A stretch of DNA of 64,000 nt from the IMG/VR virus record IMGVR_UViG_3300021505_000001, positions 64,001 to 128,000 of that record. One strand, written 5' to 3'. The notes beneath the pieces are model-generated. The model was given only the letters and a program-made list of their open reading frames with translations. It was not told the DNA's origin and ran no database searches. Both the position numbers and the translations under genes were made by a program. Source of the DNA: a virus. Below are positions 17,986-29,468 of the stretch, piece by piece (position 1 is the first letter of the stretch; each line of letters starts with the position of its first letter).

Positions 17986-18714
17986 ATGGAAACTAAACAT
18001 TTTAAATGGATAGTTTTTGAAGGGTGTGAAGGTTCAGGAAAAACAACTTTAGCAAGAAAGCTTACTAAGTATATTATATCAGAGAATAAACAAAAATTTG
18101 TTCAATTAACATCGGAACCTTGTTTGGATGTAGATACTGAAATAGAGAAAGGAATACCAGAGGAAGCGGTTAGATTTCTTAATACAGGCTATAGAAAAAG
18201 GTTCCGAGAAATGATAAAATTTTCTGATGATTTAACTGCTATCAAAAGACTTTCATTATTTTTAGAGGATAGAACAGAGCTTTATTTTCTTTTTAAATCG
18301 TTTTCAAAAGATACTATAGTAATACAAGATAGATGTTATATATCTACTTTGGCATATCAACAGGTGTATCTTGGTTTTTCCCCTAAAGATTTAATAAAAA
18401 TTAATTTTAGGTTATTTAATGATACTTATAATATCAGGCCTGATTTGATCCTATACTTACATGCAAGTCCTGAAATAGCTATTAGTAGATTAAAGAATAG
18501 AGATAATGATTATATGGATAGAGAGGCAAAAAAATATATAAAAGCAATTTATAAGAATTACTACAAGTTTTTTATTAAGAATAAGATATTTAGTTTAGAC
18601 CCTTTTCTAAAAAATAATACTATAATTGAGGTTATAGATACAGATAAAAAAACTAAAGATGAGGTTTTTGATTTAGTTAAATCAAAAGTGGTTGCTAACA
18701 TTGAATGTAATTAA
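17986..18714 (+). CDS. tmk: Thymidylate kinase
   Basis: EGCEGSGKTT P-loop, EP, DRCYISTLAYQ, PDLILYL. Confidence 0.9.
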   Translation: METKHFKWIVFEGCEGSGKTTLARKLTKYIISENKQKFVQLTSEPCLDVDTEIEKGIPEEAVRFLNTGYRKRFREMIKFSDDLTAIKRLSLFLEDRTELYFLFKSFSKDTIVIQDRCYISTLAYQQVYLGFSPKDLIKINFRLFNDTYNIRPDLILYLHASPEIAISRLKNRDNDYMDREAKKYIKAIYKNYYKFFIKNKIFSLDPFLKNNTIIEVIDTDKKTKDEVFDLVKSKVVANIECN

Positions 18715-18772
18715 CAAAGAAGAGTTTGTGTGTGAAATATAATTATATCTATATGCTTCTCTTGCCAACAAT

Positions 18773-18805
18773 AAAAAAAGGGTTACCATTTGGTAAACCC
18801 TTTTT
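18773..18805. terminator. Bidirectional terminator between convergent genes
   Basis: A-run, GGGTTACCA/TGGTAAACCC stem, T-run. Confidence 0.75.
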
Positions 18806-18831
18806 AAAATGTTCCAATATAATAATCTTTA

Positions 18832-19467
18832 TTAAGATTTGAATTTTTTATCTGTAACTCCTTCGGTAAACTTCTCTATATGTCTTGATGCAAACCACCA
18901 CCCAATTACTACTAAAAATAACTGTAATATAACTGTTATTATAGTAGAAAATAATTCTTGAGCATATTCTGCTGTAAATATTTGTACTTTCATTGTTTCC
19001 ATAATATAATAACATTTATATGTCAACCAAGTTACTATAGCTAATTCAAATAGAGTAACTCCTGGCCTAATAAAAGCCTTTAAAAAATCGACAAAAGCAA
19101 ATAATACCAGTATTAGACAGGCTGTAGGTTTAGTTATATAAGACAAGCGTCCTTCAACATTCATAAGATACTTTATATAATTGGATTTAAATAAATAAGT
19201 GTCTGCTTGTTTGATAGATTCTTTAAAAGCTTCACTTTCTACTACCTGTTCTTGTCCATCATAGGTAGCTTGAGTTATTTTTAAATTAGCTTCAGCTTCT
19301 TTAAGCATGGCTTCAGCTTCTTTATCAACCATAGTTTCTTCGTGTTTAAATTTTAGCTTTTTTTCTTTAAGTTCTATTTTCTTCATTTTATAGTTAACAA
19401 TAGCAGTGGTTATACTTCCAGCTATACCTGAAACTATTGATATTATTCCAGAAATAGGCTCAAACAT
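18832..19467 (-). CDS. Multi-TM membrane protein, holin candidate
   Basis: Several TM segments, IRPGVT and GWWF.SR patterns, downstream of endolysin candidate. Confidence 0.55.
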   Translation of the reverse strand: MFEPISGIISIVSGIAGSITTAIVNYKMKKIELKEKKLKFKHEETMVDKEAEAMLKEAEANLKITQATYDGQEQVVESEAFKESIKQADTYLFKSNYIKYLMNVEGRLSYITKPTACLILVLFAFVDFLKAFIRPGVTLFELAIVTWLTYKCYYIMETMKVQIFTAEYAQELFSTIITVILQLFLVVIGWWFASRHIEKFTEGVTDKKFKS

Positions 19468-19479
19468 AATAAACTCCTT

Positions 19480-19824
19480 TTATAAATTTGTTGAAATTAT
19501 TGAATTTTTCCTACCAATATTGTGAAAGAAAGTCCAATCATAAAACTTCCATCTGACAGTTGGTAATAACAAACTTTGTTCCTTGTTTTCAATTATAATA
19601 AATCGTGGGCTGATAGATGTAATTACTCCTTCAAATTCGTTAACTGTAACTTTCCTTCCAAGACATACATATTTATTTGATCTAAATTCAAAATAAGCAA
19701 AGATGTTTTCTGTTAAAGTCTTGAAAACTAAACAGATAAATAATATAAGAATAATCTTTATAGTTAAAAACAATATAGCTGAATCTAATGAATTAACTAT
19801 CTGATTTATTTGGTTTATTGGCAT
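19480..19824 (-). CDS. Small membrane protein with MscS beta-domain-like C terminus
   Basis: TM segment then LGRKVTVNEFEGVITSISPRFIII...LLP. Confidence 0.45.
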   Translation of the reverse strand: MPINQINQIVNSLDSAILFLTIKIILILFICLVFKTLTENIFAYFEFRSNKYVCLGRKVTVNEFEGVITSISPRFIIIENKEQSLLLPTVRWKFYDWTFFHNIGRKNSIISTNL

Positions 19825-20269
19825 ACCAATCTCCATACTTCTCATAACCTGTTGAATCTAAAATATTTATCTCTTCTGCTTTCCATTGAGTAACTTCTAT
19901 TAATTTTCTAAGTGTTGGTGTAGAGGATAAGACAGCATTTTGTCCATACAATTTACCAAAATACTTACCTACCAAGATACATCCTTCTACATTAGTTTTA
20001 TAGCCTTTCCTGGTATCTCCTGCAAGGTTACCATTATGAATTAGTACCCACTTTCTATCAGGAACATCTAATAAGTGGTAACATTTTCTACGTCCTCTGA
20101 ATAAATGTCGTTCTAATTTATAGATACCTGGTGGTATACAAGAATAGTTTGGTTTGTTGTCATCCCAAGGTAGTTCTAAAGTATAACAAAAGAATCCATC
20201 ATTTATTAAAAGCAATCCTTTTGTTCCCTGTTCTGAACTTGAAAGTCTTATTAATTTTAATTTATACAT
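19793..20269 (-). CDS. DUF5675-type (L,D-transpeptidase-like) endolysin candidate
   Basis: CYTLELPW, SCIPPGIY, LIHNGN, EGCILVG. Confidence 0.75.
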   Translation of the reverse strand: MYKLKLIRLSSSEQGTKGLLLINDGFFCYTLELPWDDNKPNYSCIPPGIYKLERHLFRGRRKCYHLLDVPDRKWVLIHNGNLAGDTRKGYKTNVEGCILVGKYFGKLYGQNAVLSSTPTLRKLIEVTQWKAEEINILDSTGYEKYGDWYANKPNKSDS

Positions 20270-20311
20270 AATATTTTCTCTCTTAAATTAGATTTTATTT
20301 TCTTTTATTTA

Positions 20312-20320
20312 TATGTTTTA
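20312..20320 (-). promoter_or_regulatory. Late promoter variant TAAAACATA
   Basis: 8/9 match, ~43 bp upstream of the lysis genes. Confidence 0.5.
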
Positions 20321-20459
20321 TTATATATACTTGTTAAAATTGAATATTATTTGTATATTTAATTTGAAAAGGAATTTTAACTATAATAATTGAATTTATT
20401 TAGTTATTACAGTTAATTATAATAATTACTTCATGTTTAAGTTTAACTAAATTGTTTAA

Positions 20460-22451
<1,992 letters not shown>

Positions 22452-22664
22452 ATGCTTAAAAATAAAAGGATTTTAGTTGCTTGTGAAAGAGTTGTTAATA
22501 TAGGTAATTATGAATCAGTTAGATTTAGGGCATCTGTTGAAGGAGAGATACCAGATAATTCTGATATTAAGAAGGAATTTGATAAGGGATGGCTTATTGT
22601 TGAGAATGAAATTAACAAGAAAGTTAAAGAGATAGAAAAAGAGATGGGGATAGATTATAGTTGA
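22452..22664 (+). CDS. Hypothetical protein
   Basis: NIGNYESVR motif, abuts the ligase stop. Confidence 0.6.
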   Translation: MLKNKRILVACERVVNIGNYESVRFRASVEGEIPDNSDIKKEFDKGWLIVENEINKKVKEIEKEMGIDYS

Positions 22665-22735
22665 AATAGGTTATATTAAAATAATAATTTTTTATACTGT
22701 TTAGAATAACTAATAATTGTTCTAAGCAGTATTTT

Positions 22736-24010
22736 TTATGCAGAAGAGTGTATTTTAAAGAGGGTAAATTCTTTGACAAGTTTTTCTTTTTTGTAGTATT
22801 CCAACCTTTCAATAGGAGAAACATCTATTTTTCCATATTCGGTGAATAACAATTCTGTTAATTCTCCCCATGATTTATCACCAATATAAATATATTGATT
22901 ATTTAACTGTTCTCCAAGAAAAAAATCAGAAAAATTTTTTATAAAAAACAAAGAGTTATATATATTATGTAAGATTTGTAGTTGAGATGCTATAAAACTA
23001 ATCCATTCAATGGTCTTTACTTCATTTATATAGATTAAGGAATAAGAACTAAGATGATGAGCTATTTTAGATAAGAAAGCATCCAAAAAAACCTTTAATC
23101 TTATATCTGATTCTGTCAGTTTATTTGGCACTACATTGTTTCCAAATCTAATCCATAAATAAAGTTTATCGTCATAATATATTCTACCGTAATATGGATT
23201 TTTGGCTTTTTCAACTAAAAACTTCCGTTTATTTGTCCATTTGTTAGGCATATCCTCTGAAATGCCCGCTGTTTTAGTAATAAGGTTTGCTATTTTGTTT
23301 TTATTTACTTTGTAGTATGGAAAATCATCTTCAGTAGATGGTTTGAAAGCAAAAATAAGGTATTTTAAGAATGTCAGTCGTTGGAGATCACTTAAATCTT
23401 CTTTAAAGATATAAGTTTTTATTTCATTCCATGAATATATATTAAAACGTTTAGGCGGAGTTTCTAAAGATTTCTTTATTTTGAGAATATATGATGGAAC
23501 TTTATTTTCATTATCAAAACTTTCAATGAATTTTTGAAGGCCTTGTAATTTCTCAGTGGCTTCTTCCTCACGGAGATTCTTTATCATATTAAAATATTCA
23601 GATGTTATAATATCCGTAGTAGAAGAATCTTTAGAGCTTGATATGTTAGGAATTTCTGTTTCCTTAATAGATACAAAGCTTTCATCTAAGTCATTAATAT
23701 CAATAAGATTTTTAAGAGGATTATATAACGAATCCTCTCCTTTAGGAAGTTTTTCAATTAGAGAACTTCCTGTAAATACACGAGTAGTAAAATCTTTGTT
23801 TTCCATGTCAGATGCTTCATAGAGCTTACATAGAACAAAGATTTGCCCTATATTAAGATAATGAAACTCTATTTGACGATAAGGGCATTGCTGTATATTA
23901 TCCACAAAAGTACAAGATGTTGCACATAAATTGCCACTTATCTTACATTTAAATGAGGACTTAGGAAAAACAAGGTATTTTATATCAATAGCACCAGATA
24001 CCAAAGCCAT
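22736..24010 (-). CDS. Hypothetical protein, probably the -1 frameshift extension of the tail chaperone
   Basis: Frame stays open upstream to the A-AAA-AAC site; weak RBS of its own. Confidence 0.65.
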   Translation of the reverse strand: MALVSGAIDIKYLVFPKSSFKCKISGNLCATSCTFVDNIQQCPYRQIEFHYLNIGQIFVLCKLYEASDMENKDFTTRVFTGSSLIEKLPKGEDSLYNPLKNLIDINDLDESFVSIKETEIPNISSSKDSSTTDIITSEYFNMIKNLREEEATEKLQGLQKFIESFDNENKVPSYILKIKKSLETPPKRFNIYSWNEIKTYIFKEDLSDLQRLTFLKYLIFAFKPSTEDDFPYYKVNKNKIANLITKTAGISEDMPNKWTNKRKFLVEKAKNPYYGRIYYDDKLYLWIRFGNNVVPNKLTESDIRLKVFLDAFLSKIAHHLSSYSLIYINEVKTIEWISFIASQLQILHNIYNSLFFIKNFSDFFLGEQLNNQYIYIGDKSWGELTELLFTEYGKIDVSPIERLEYYKKEKLVKEFTLFKIHSSA

Positions 24011-24072
24011 TTTACATCCACGATAAACTATTGTGGCTATAAAACGAAGGAAATTAATATAGTATCTGGCGT

Positions 24073-24588
24073 TTAGTGGTTTTTTTCCGTTACCTCACCA
24101 TTAGGTGTCCCCATCATTTGTTGTGTTTGTGTTGCTATGGATGCTTTAAATGATTCTGGCAGGGTATCTACATTTACTTTTATTACTTTAGAAAATATGT
24201 CAAACAATTGTCCAATTGTCATAACTTCCATATCTTCTGGGGAAACCCCTGTAAGCACACATTCAAGTATTTGTTTTACAGAATTAGCTGTTTTTTCATC
24301 ACTTAATATATCTTGTATAGTTACAATTACTTCATCAGGTTTAAATTCATTTAGTTCCTCTTCAGATAATGAATCTCTTATTTTTTCAACTTTTATCTCT
24401 CGTGCCTGATTAAGAAGATTCATTAAATCTGATAACATTTCCATTAGCTGAATAGCAGGTGTTGGATATAGTTCATAAAAAGAATCACCTACAGAAATTA
24501 TTTCTTTATGAGAAGAAGTAACTAAAGCTCTTAAATCACCAAGAACATCTTGTGGAACATCGGCTACATTAATTTTATTTACAGGCAT
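24073..24588 (-). CDS. Putative tail assembly chaperone
   Basis: Acidic helical protein, AGGAGG RBS, terminal slippery heptamer, in the tail operon. Confidence 0.6.
   Translation of the reverse strand: MPVNKINVADVPQDVLGDLRALVTSSHKEIISVGDSFYELYPTPAIQLMEMLSDLMNLLNQAREIKVEKIRDSLSEEELNEFKPDEVIVTIQDILSDEKTANSVKQILECVLTGVSPEDMEVMTIGQLFDIFSKVIKVNVDTLPESFKASIATQTQQMMGTPNGEVTEKNH
24079..24085 (-). other. -1 programmed ribosomal frameshift site A AAA AAC
   Basis: X XXY YYZ heptamer just before the stop; the -1 frame joins the next ORF. Confidence 0.7.
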
Positions 24589-24602
24589 AAAAACCTCCTT
24601 AT

Positions 24603-25157
24603 TTAACAAGAACAATATCTTAAAATATGAGTTACTACACGTCTTAAGTAAACTGGACTATTTGTATTATATATTGGATTGGATATAGAATCAAGTTGTG
24701 CGTAAAGGTGTCTGTTTGTTGTTGGTAAAATAATTTGATTATTAATATCTTCTATCAAATCATAATGTCTATTTATATACCAATCAATTAATTTGATTGC
24801 TTTGACTGAATAGGGGTCATAATCTGGGTCTGTATTTACATCAAATACTACCATAACAGTTTGGCGGTATTCAACATTAGGAGTTATAGATACATTACCA
24901 AATTCTGGTACTATAAAGAATCCTATATCATTTTTATATCCTTCTGAACCCTCTGTAGCATCTACTGTAGAGTAGTATTTTTGAGCATTCCATACCAAAA
25001 TTCCTTTAAAATTATGAGATACATCATTTCTATAATCTGATATTGTTTCGTATATTGGGTATGGACATGTGGGGTCTGTTGTCAGAATATCTCTGATTTG
25101 TTGTCCATAACTTTCAAAAATCTGATAAAATTCATATGGTGGTGTAGCACAACTCAT
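24603..25157 (-). CDS. Virion structural protein, tail completion/terminator candidate
   Basis: Size and position only. Confidence 0.35.
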   Translation of the reverse strand: MSCATPPYEFYQIFESYGQQIRDILTTDPTCPYPIYETISDYRNDVSHNFKGILVWNAQKYYSTVDATEGSEGYKNDIGFFIVPEFGNVSITPNVEYRQTVMVVFDVNTDPDYDPYSVKAIKLIDWYINRHYDLIEDINNQIILPTTNRHLYAQLDSISNPIYNTNSPVYLRRVVTHILRYCSC

Positions 25158-25906
25158 TATAATGTCCTATGTTCTGTTGGATACTCAATCCAAATTTCAT
25201 AATCAAGAGACTGTGTTAGATAGACATACATAAAAGCTACATTTAAAGGTTCTGAAGAATATAAGTTATCATAAAGAGCCAAAACATCCAGTTTGGCTCT
25301 TCCGGTTTCATCATGCATTGCCGATGAATGCAGATACCCCATTTTTGTTAAAGTTCTTGTTTGATGATTTAAGTTATTACTTATAATTTCATCATTTATA
25401 AAGAAATAGTATCCTCTGAATCTACCAACTATTGTTGGGGGAGCAAGATTGCGTATATCTAAATCTTCACCGGCATATATGTAATACTGATTACTATAAA
25501 CAAAGGAACCTTCTTTTATTCGATGGGATGTTACACAACCTCCATCTGTCCAATGCAAAAAACACCCATCAACAATACGATGTCCAGTCCATTTCAATAC
25601 ATTTGTAATAAACTTATGTAAATTACTACTAGCATAAAAAGGATTTATTTGTCCATCTGAATAATAGACAACTTTTATATATTTTCCATTCATAGTTGGC
25701 GATAGATAAACACCATTTCTATCTACGTCAATTGCAAACTGATTGGAAAATAAACTAGTGGAAAGAGTATACACTCTTTCCAGCTCATAAAGCTCTTGGT
25801 TTTGAGTAGTATCATACTCCCAAACCTTTACATTATCAGAAGTTATTATATAATGTAAATACTGGATTGGACTTGTTACTAGTATTACATCTTCTTTTCT
25901 ATACAT
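25157..25906 (-). CDS. Putative virion structural protein
   Basis: In late operon. Confidence 0.45.
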   Translation of the reverse strand: MYRKEDVILVTSPIQYLHYIITSDNVKVWEYDTTQNQELYELERVYTLSTSLFSNQFAIDVDRNGVYLSPTMNGKYIKVVYYSDGQINPFYASSNLHKFITNVLKWTGHRIVDGCFLHWTDGGCVTSHRIKEGSFVYSNQYYIYAGEDLDIRNLAPPTIVGRFRGYYFFINDEIISNNLNHQTRTLTKMGYLHSSAMHDETGRAKLDVLALYDNLYSSEPLNVAFMYVYLTQSLDYEIWIEYPTEHRTL

Positions 25907-25916
25907 GATATCTCAA

Positions 25917-26627
25917 TTATGAGTTAGCTATAAGATTATCAACAATAACACCTAATTCATTTGGTGTAGTTGTAGTATCGTAGTGTGTCTGTCCATAGGC
26001 TTCTTCACCACGTCCATTTTGCCAACTAAAATTAATTCTATAATTAGTTCTTTCTCCATTAGCCCGTGAACCAAATCCCTGATAAGAAACAGAACCACTT
26101 TGCCAATCAGTTGGGGATACGTTTACGTTAATATCTGAGAGTACCCACTGAAGTTGATTTAATACATCATTTTCAGGATGCGCTGTACCAACTGTTGTCA
26201 GTTTTGTTCTTGCAGTATTTATAATTTGATCACGTGAGTTGTTAATATCCTCAAAGTTAGCAACAACCCTAGCATTAATTTGTCCTTCTGTATGAGTATA
26301 TGTGGCTGCTGATGCTCCGCTACACTCTCCTGCCAGGGTAATAACATAACCAGATTCTAATGCTGTTGTTACACCATCTTTAGCAATCCAATTGACGATA
26401 TTTTGATCTTTCCAATTTGCACTGGCTGATTGCATACAAACATCCCCTGTATGAGCATCAGCAATATCTCCACAGATATAAAGTACTGTGTTCTTATCAA
26501 GAGATACGTTTGTAATAAACAGTTTGACACAATCTAATCCACAACGGAAGAGTTCTCTTCCTGTGTTGATGTTATACTCAGTTGCACCATCAGATGGAAT
26601 TCCATAATTTACTATTGGACAAGCCAT
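25917..26627 (-). CDS. Tail tube (major tail) protein candidate
   Basis: Own late motif, GGAGG RBS, beta-strand pattern VLSDINVNVSPTDWQSGSVSYQG, upstream of chaperone. Confidence 0.45.
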   Translation of the reverse strand: MACPIVNYGIPSDGATEYNINTGRELFRCGLDCVKLFITNVSLDKNTVLYICGDIADAHTGDVCMQSASANWKDQNIVNWIAKDGVTTALESGYVITLAGECSGASAATYTHTEGQINARVVANFEDINNSRDQIINTARTKLTTVGTAHPENDVLNQLQWVLSDINVNVSPTDWQSGSVSYQGFGSRANGERTNYRINFSWQNGRGEEAYGQTHYDTTTTPNELGVIVDNLIANS

Positions 26628-26656
26628 TTTTTATTCCTCCTTAATAGGTTTTTTCT

Positions 26657-26665
26657 AATGTTTTA
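26657..26665 (-). promoter_or_regulatory. Late promoter motif TAAAACATT
   Basis: 30 bp upstream of the 26627 start. Confidence 0.65.
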
Positions 26666-28450
26666 CATAAATACAAGTAAACATTTATTTATTTTAAGTT
26701 CTGAATATGGATACGCCCATATAATTTCTATTAAACAATTAGCCTTATCTACAAGAGTACTAAGACACTGTACGTTAATATCTATTGGTATGTATTTTGG
26801 TAAATCAACTATGGTAACTTCTCCATAATTCATCTCCTCAGCACCAACCACAACCTTTAAATATCCATGTTGTCTAAGATATTCATAATAAGCCTTTTCA
26901 TCTCCATCATATTCTGATGGAATTTCCATAAATTTGTATCGTATTTTGCAGTACAATGGTTTACCTAATGGAATCAGCTTTCCATTGAAAATCTTAGTAT
27001 GAGTTGTATATGTCCTAATATTTTGTCTTGATAAGGATAATTTCCCAAGATTTGTAATAGAATTGTCATAGTTATCTATCAATATTAAATCAGTATTAAG
27101 AAACTTATCATCAATTGGAAATTGATAGTATTGCCCATTGTTATCTACAACAGGAACTGAAAATAACTGATTTCCTGATAGATTACTTATTGTAAAGTTA
27201 AAAGAAAAGTAATGAGGATTTACTGTAAAATTATATTTGGTATGGAAAACATCTGTAAATCCATATCTAATTGTTTCAAACTTATGTTTTTCAAATTGTC
27301 CCCATAAATAACGTTGATCTGCAAATACAGACTTTTCTTTAGCATGGGTTATACATATTCTATCACTTGGCCACCAATAGTTTGTAGTACACCATCTATA
27401 ATCATTATAGATACATAAAGTAAATCCTTTTCTTTCATCACCCAAATGAGCTATTTGACTACAAATACCTTTACGTTCATTATCTAATAATTTGTAGGAT
27501 ACTGTTTCACATTCACGTATGTTCTCATAAATAACATAGCTGTTTACATATAAACGTTTATCATTGTGTTCTGTATGATAAACTTCATAAAGAGTATTTC
27601 TATCATTTCCAATAATTTCTCTTTTAACGAAACAGTTTTTATTAGATGAAGTTACAATATAAATATCATAAGTTGAGCTTCTATCAGATGTAAAGGTATT
27701 ATAAAGATGTAAGTGAATTTGTCTATCATTAGAGATTGTTCCCCAACTATTCCAAAAGCCAAGCTCTCTTTCTGTTATACCCTGTATTCCTTCCTGAGCT
27801 ATATTATATTTGACTCTATGATATTGAACAGCAGTATCGGTTAATAGTATTAAATATACTGATTCTGAATCAGAATCAATTTTGTATCTTATAAGGTATT
27901 CTGAACTGTACTCTTTATAAGTTGTATTAGTTAGTTTTATATTATAGAAACTTTGATGTTTATTTCCTAAATGTATTGTATAACTAGAAACATTTGAGAC
28001 ATAAAAAAGTATATTGTATTTTGATTCATTTATTTTCGTTAAAGAATATCTTATGTAATAGTCAGATTTATGACTTGTTGATAGTCTAATGCTATAACTA
28101 ACTATATTTTCTGTGCCGAATCTATGTAATATGTAATAAGGGCTTTCAAATATGGATAAATAGATATCATAGTTTAGAATATTGTATTTGGAGACATGAT
28201 TGTTGATTAACCGTATTCCATAATTAGAAGCATGCAGTGTAGTAGCTTTAAATCGTTTAATATCATACTTAGAGCGATGATTATTATTTAATAATACCTT
28301 ATAAACAGAAGTATGTAATGTAGTAGCTTCAAATCGTTTAATATCATATTTAGAGCGATGAGTAGCTAATTCTCTAATACTATAAACACTATTGTGGATA
28401 GTAGTGATTGATGTGCGTGGTGTTTCTCTGAATATAGTTAGTATAGGCAT
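26663..28450 (-). CDS. Repetitive fibre-like virion protein
   Basis: HxSxYxI repeats, then N/S-D/E-R-x-C repeats. Confidence 0.55.
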   Translation of the reverse strand: MPILTIFRETPRTSITTIHNSVYSIRELATHRSKYDIKRFEATTLHTSVYKVLLNNNHRSKYDIKRFKATTLHASNYGIRLINNHVSKYNILNYDIYLSIFESPYYILHRFGTENIVSYSIRLSTSHKSDYYIRYSLTKINESKYNILFYVSNVSSYTIHLGNKHQSFYNIKLTNTTYKEYSSEYLIRYKIDSDSESVYLILLTDTAVQYHRVKYNIAQEGIQGITERELGFWNSWGTISNDRQIHLHLYNTFTSDRSSTYDIYIVTSSNKNCFVKREIIGNDRNTLYEVYHTEHNDKRLYVNSYVIYENIRECETVSYKLLDNERKGICSQIAHLGDERKGFTLCIYNDYRWCTTNYWWPSDRICITHAKEKSVFADQRYLWGQFEKHKFETIRYGFTDVFHTKYNFTVNPHYFSFNFTISNLSGNQLFSVPVVDNNGQYYQFPIDDKFLNTDLILIDNYDNSITNLGKLSLSRQNIRTYTTHTKIFNGKLIPLGKPLYCKIRYKFMEIPSEYDGDEKAYYEYLRQHGYLKVVVGAEEMNYGEVTIVDLPKYIPIDINVQCLSTLVDKANCLIEIIWAYPYSELKINKCLLVFM

Positions 28451-28495
28451 TTAGAGATTATAGTCCTATCTTTTTTAAATGGTTAAGTTTTTTTG

Positions 28496-28504
28496 AATGT
28501 TTTA
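28496..28504 (-). promoter_or_regulatory. Late promoter motif TAAAACATT
   Basis: 46 bp upstream of the 28450 start, just after a terminator. Confidence 0.65.
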
Positions 28505-28513
28505 CTTATAATA

Positions 28514-28549
28514 AAAAAGCCTCATATGATTTAACATATGAGGCTTTTT
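28514..28549 (-). terminator. Intrinsic terminator
   Basis: AAAAAGCCTCATATG/CATATGAGGCTTTTT. Confidence 0.8.
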
Positions 28550-28572
28550 GGATTTCTTTATAGATTTTCTGC

Positions 28573-28896
28573 CTATCTTTCGATTTTATAATAGATTTCA
28601 TCTAGGATATATTCCTGAGTTTCTTCATCGGGAATTTCTCCACTTTTTGTTATATATTCTAAATCAAATCCTTTTTTGTCTGTTTCAAAAATACGTACTG
28701 TAAAATGAAACCATCCAATATAAAAACCAAGTTCGTTCATCAGATGATAACTTCCACTAAGAAGAATATCACTACCAACAATTTTGATACTCCACTCAGC
28801 ATCAAATCCACTCCCAGATGGCAATATGTCATACCAACTAGAACTTTCTATAATTTCTTTAAAGGCTCTGAAAACATTTAAAAATGTAATACTCAT
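28573..28896 (-). CDS. Hypothetical protein
   Basis: LPSGSGFD and YHLMNE.G.Y.GW patterns of a small phage family. Confidence 0.6.
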   Translation of the reverse strand: MSITFLNVFRAFKEIIESSSWYDILPSGSGFDAEWSIKIVGSDILLSGSYHLMNELGFYIGWFHFTVRIFETDKKGFDLEYITKSGEIPDEETQEYILDEIYYKIER

Positions 28897-28897
28897 T

Positions 28898-29080
28898 TTA
28901 ACACCAAGAACTTTTCTTCAATTGTTTATTTGTAAAGTTACGAATGTATACTTTTTCTTCTTCTTTTTTATAAAGGACATTAAGAGGACCCCAATCATAA
29001 CATGCTCCTCTTTCCAATATTCTAATCTCAGTATCATCAGGGATATTTTTTAGCCTATCTATTAATTCTTTCTTTTTCAT
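28898..29080 (-). CDS. Small hypothetical protein
   Basis: MKKKELIDRL.NIPDD start, GAGGAG RBS. Confidence 0.6.
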   Translation of the reverse strand: MKKKELIDRLKNIPDDTEIRILERGACYDWGPLNVLYKKEEEKVYIRNFTNKQLKKSSWC

Positions 29081-29101
29081 AGTTAACTCCTCATTTTTTA
29101 C

Positions 29102-29130
29102 TTGACTACTTTTGAAGGAATCTATATAAT
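29102..29130 (+). promoter_or_regulatory. Sigma70-like promoter TTGACT-17-TATAAT with no downstream + strand gene
   Basis: Near-consensus match. Confidence 0.45.
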
Positions 29131-29255
29131 TATACTTATTAAAATTAATATTTAAAGAAAAATGTTGATATGTCTTTTTTGTGAATTGGGTGAGATTAAA
29201 GTGTAGGAAATTATTGAAGATTTTAAATATGTAAAGATTGCTATGAATAATACTC

Positions 29256-29468
29256 CTAAATAAAGGTTCTTCCTCTGTATTTATTAAATACTTCCCATAT
29301 TTGTGAGTATTTTTCAGTAGATGGTGGTATACCTCCTGTCAATTTACCGTCTACTACTAAAGGTGGGGTTCCAAAGAGTTCCCCACCTTTTTCTTTTAGA
29401 AATTCATGATAGAATTTTCTTTTTAAACTTTTAAATTTTTCAAGTTGTCTTAAAGTTGATGCCTGCAT
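29256..29468 (-). CDS. Hypothetical protein
   Basis: TAATG-coupled to the upstream gene. Confidence 0.55.
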   Translation of the reverse strand: MQASTLRQLEKFKSLKRKFYHEFLKEKGGELFGTPPLVVDGKLTGGIPPSTEKYSQIWEVFNKYRGRTFI

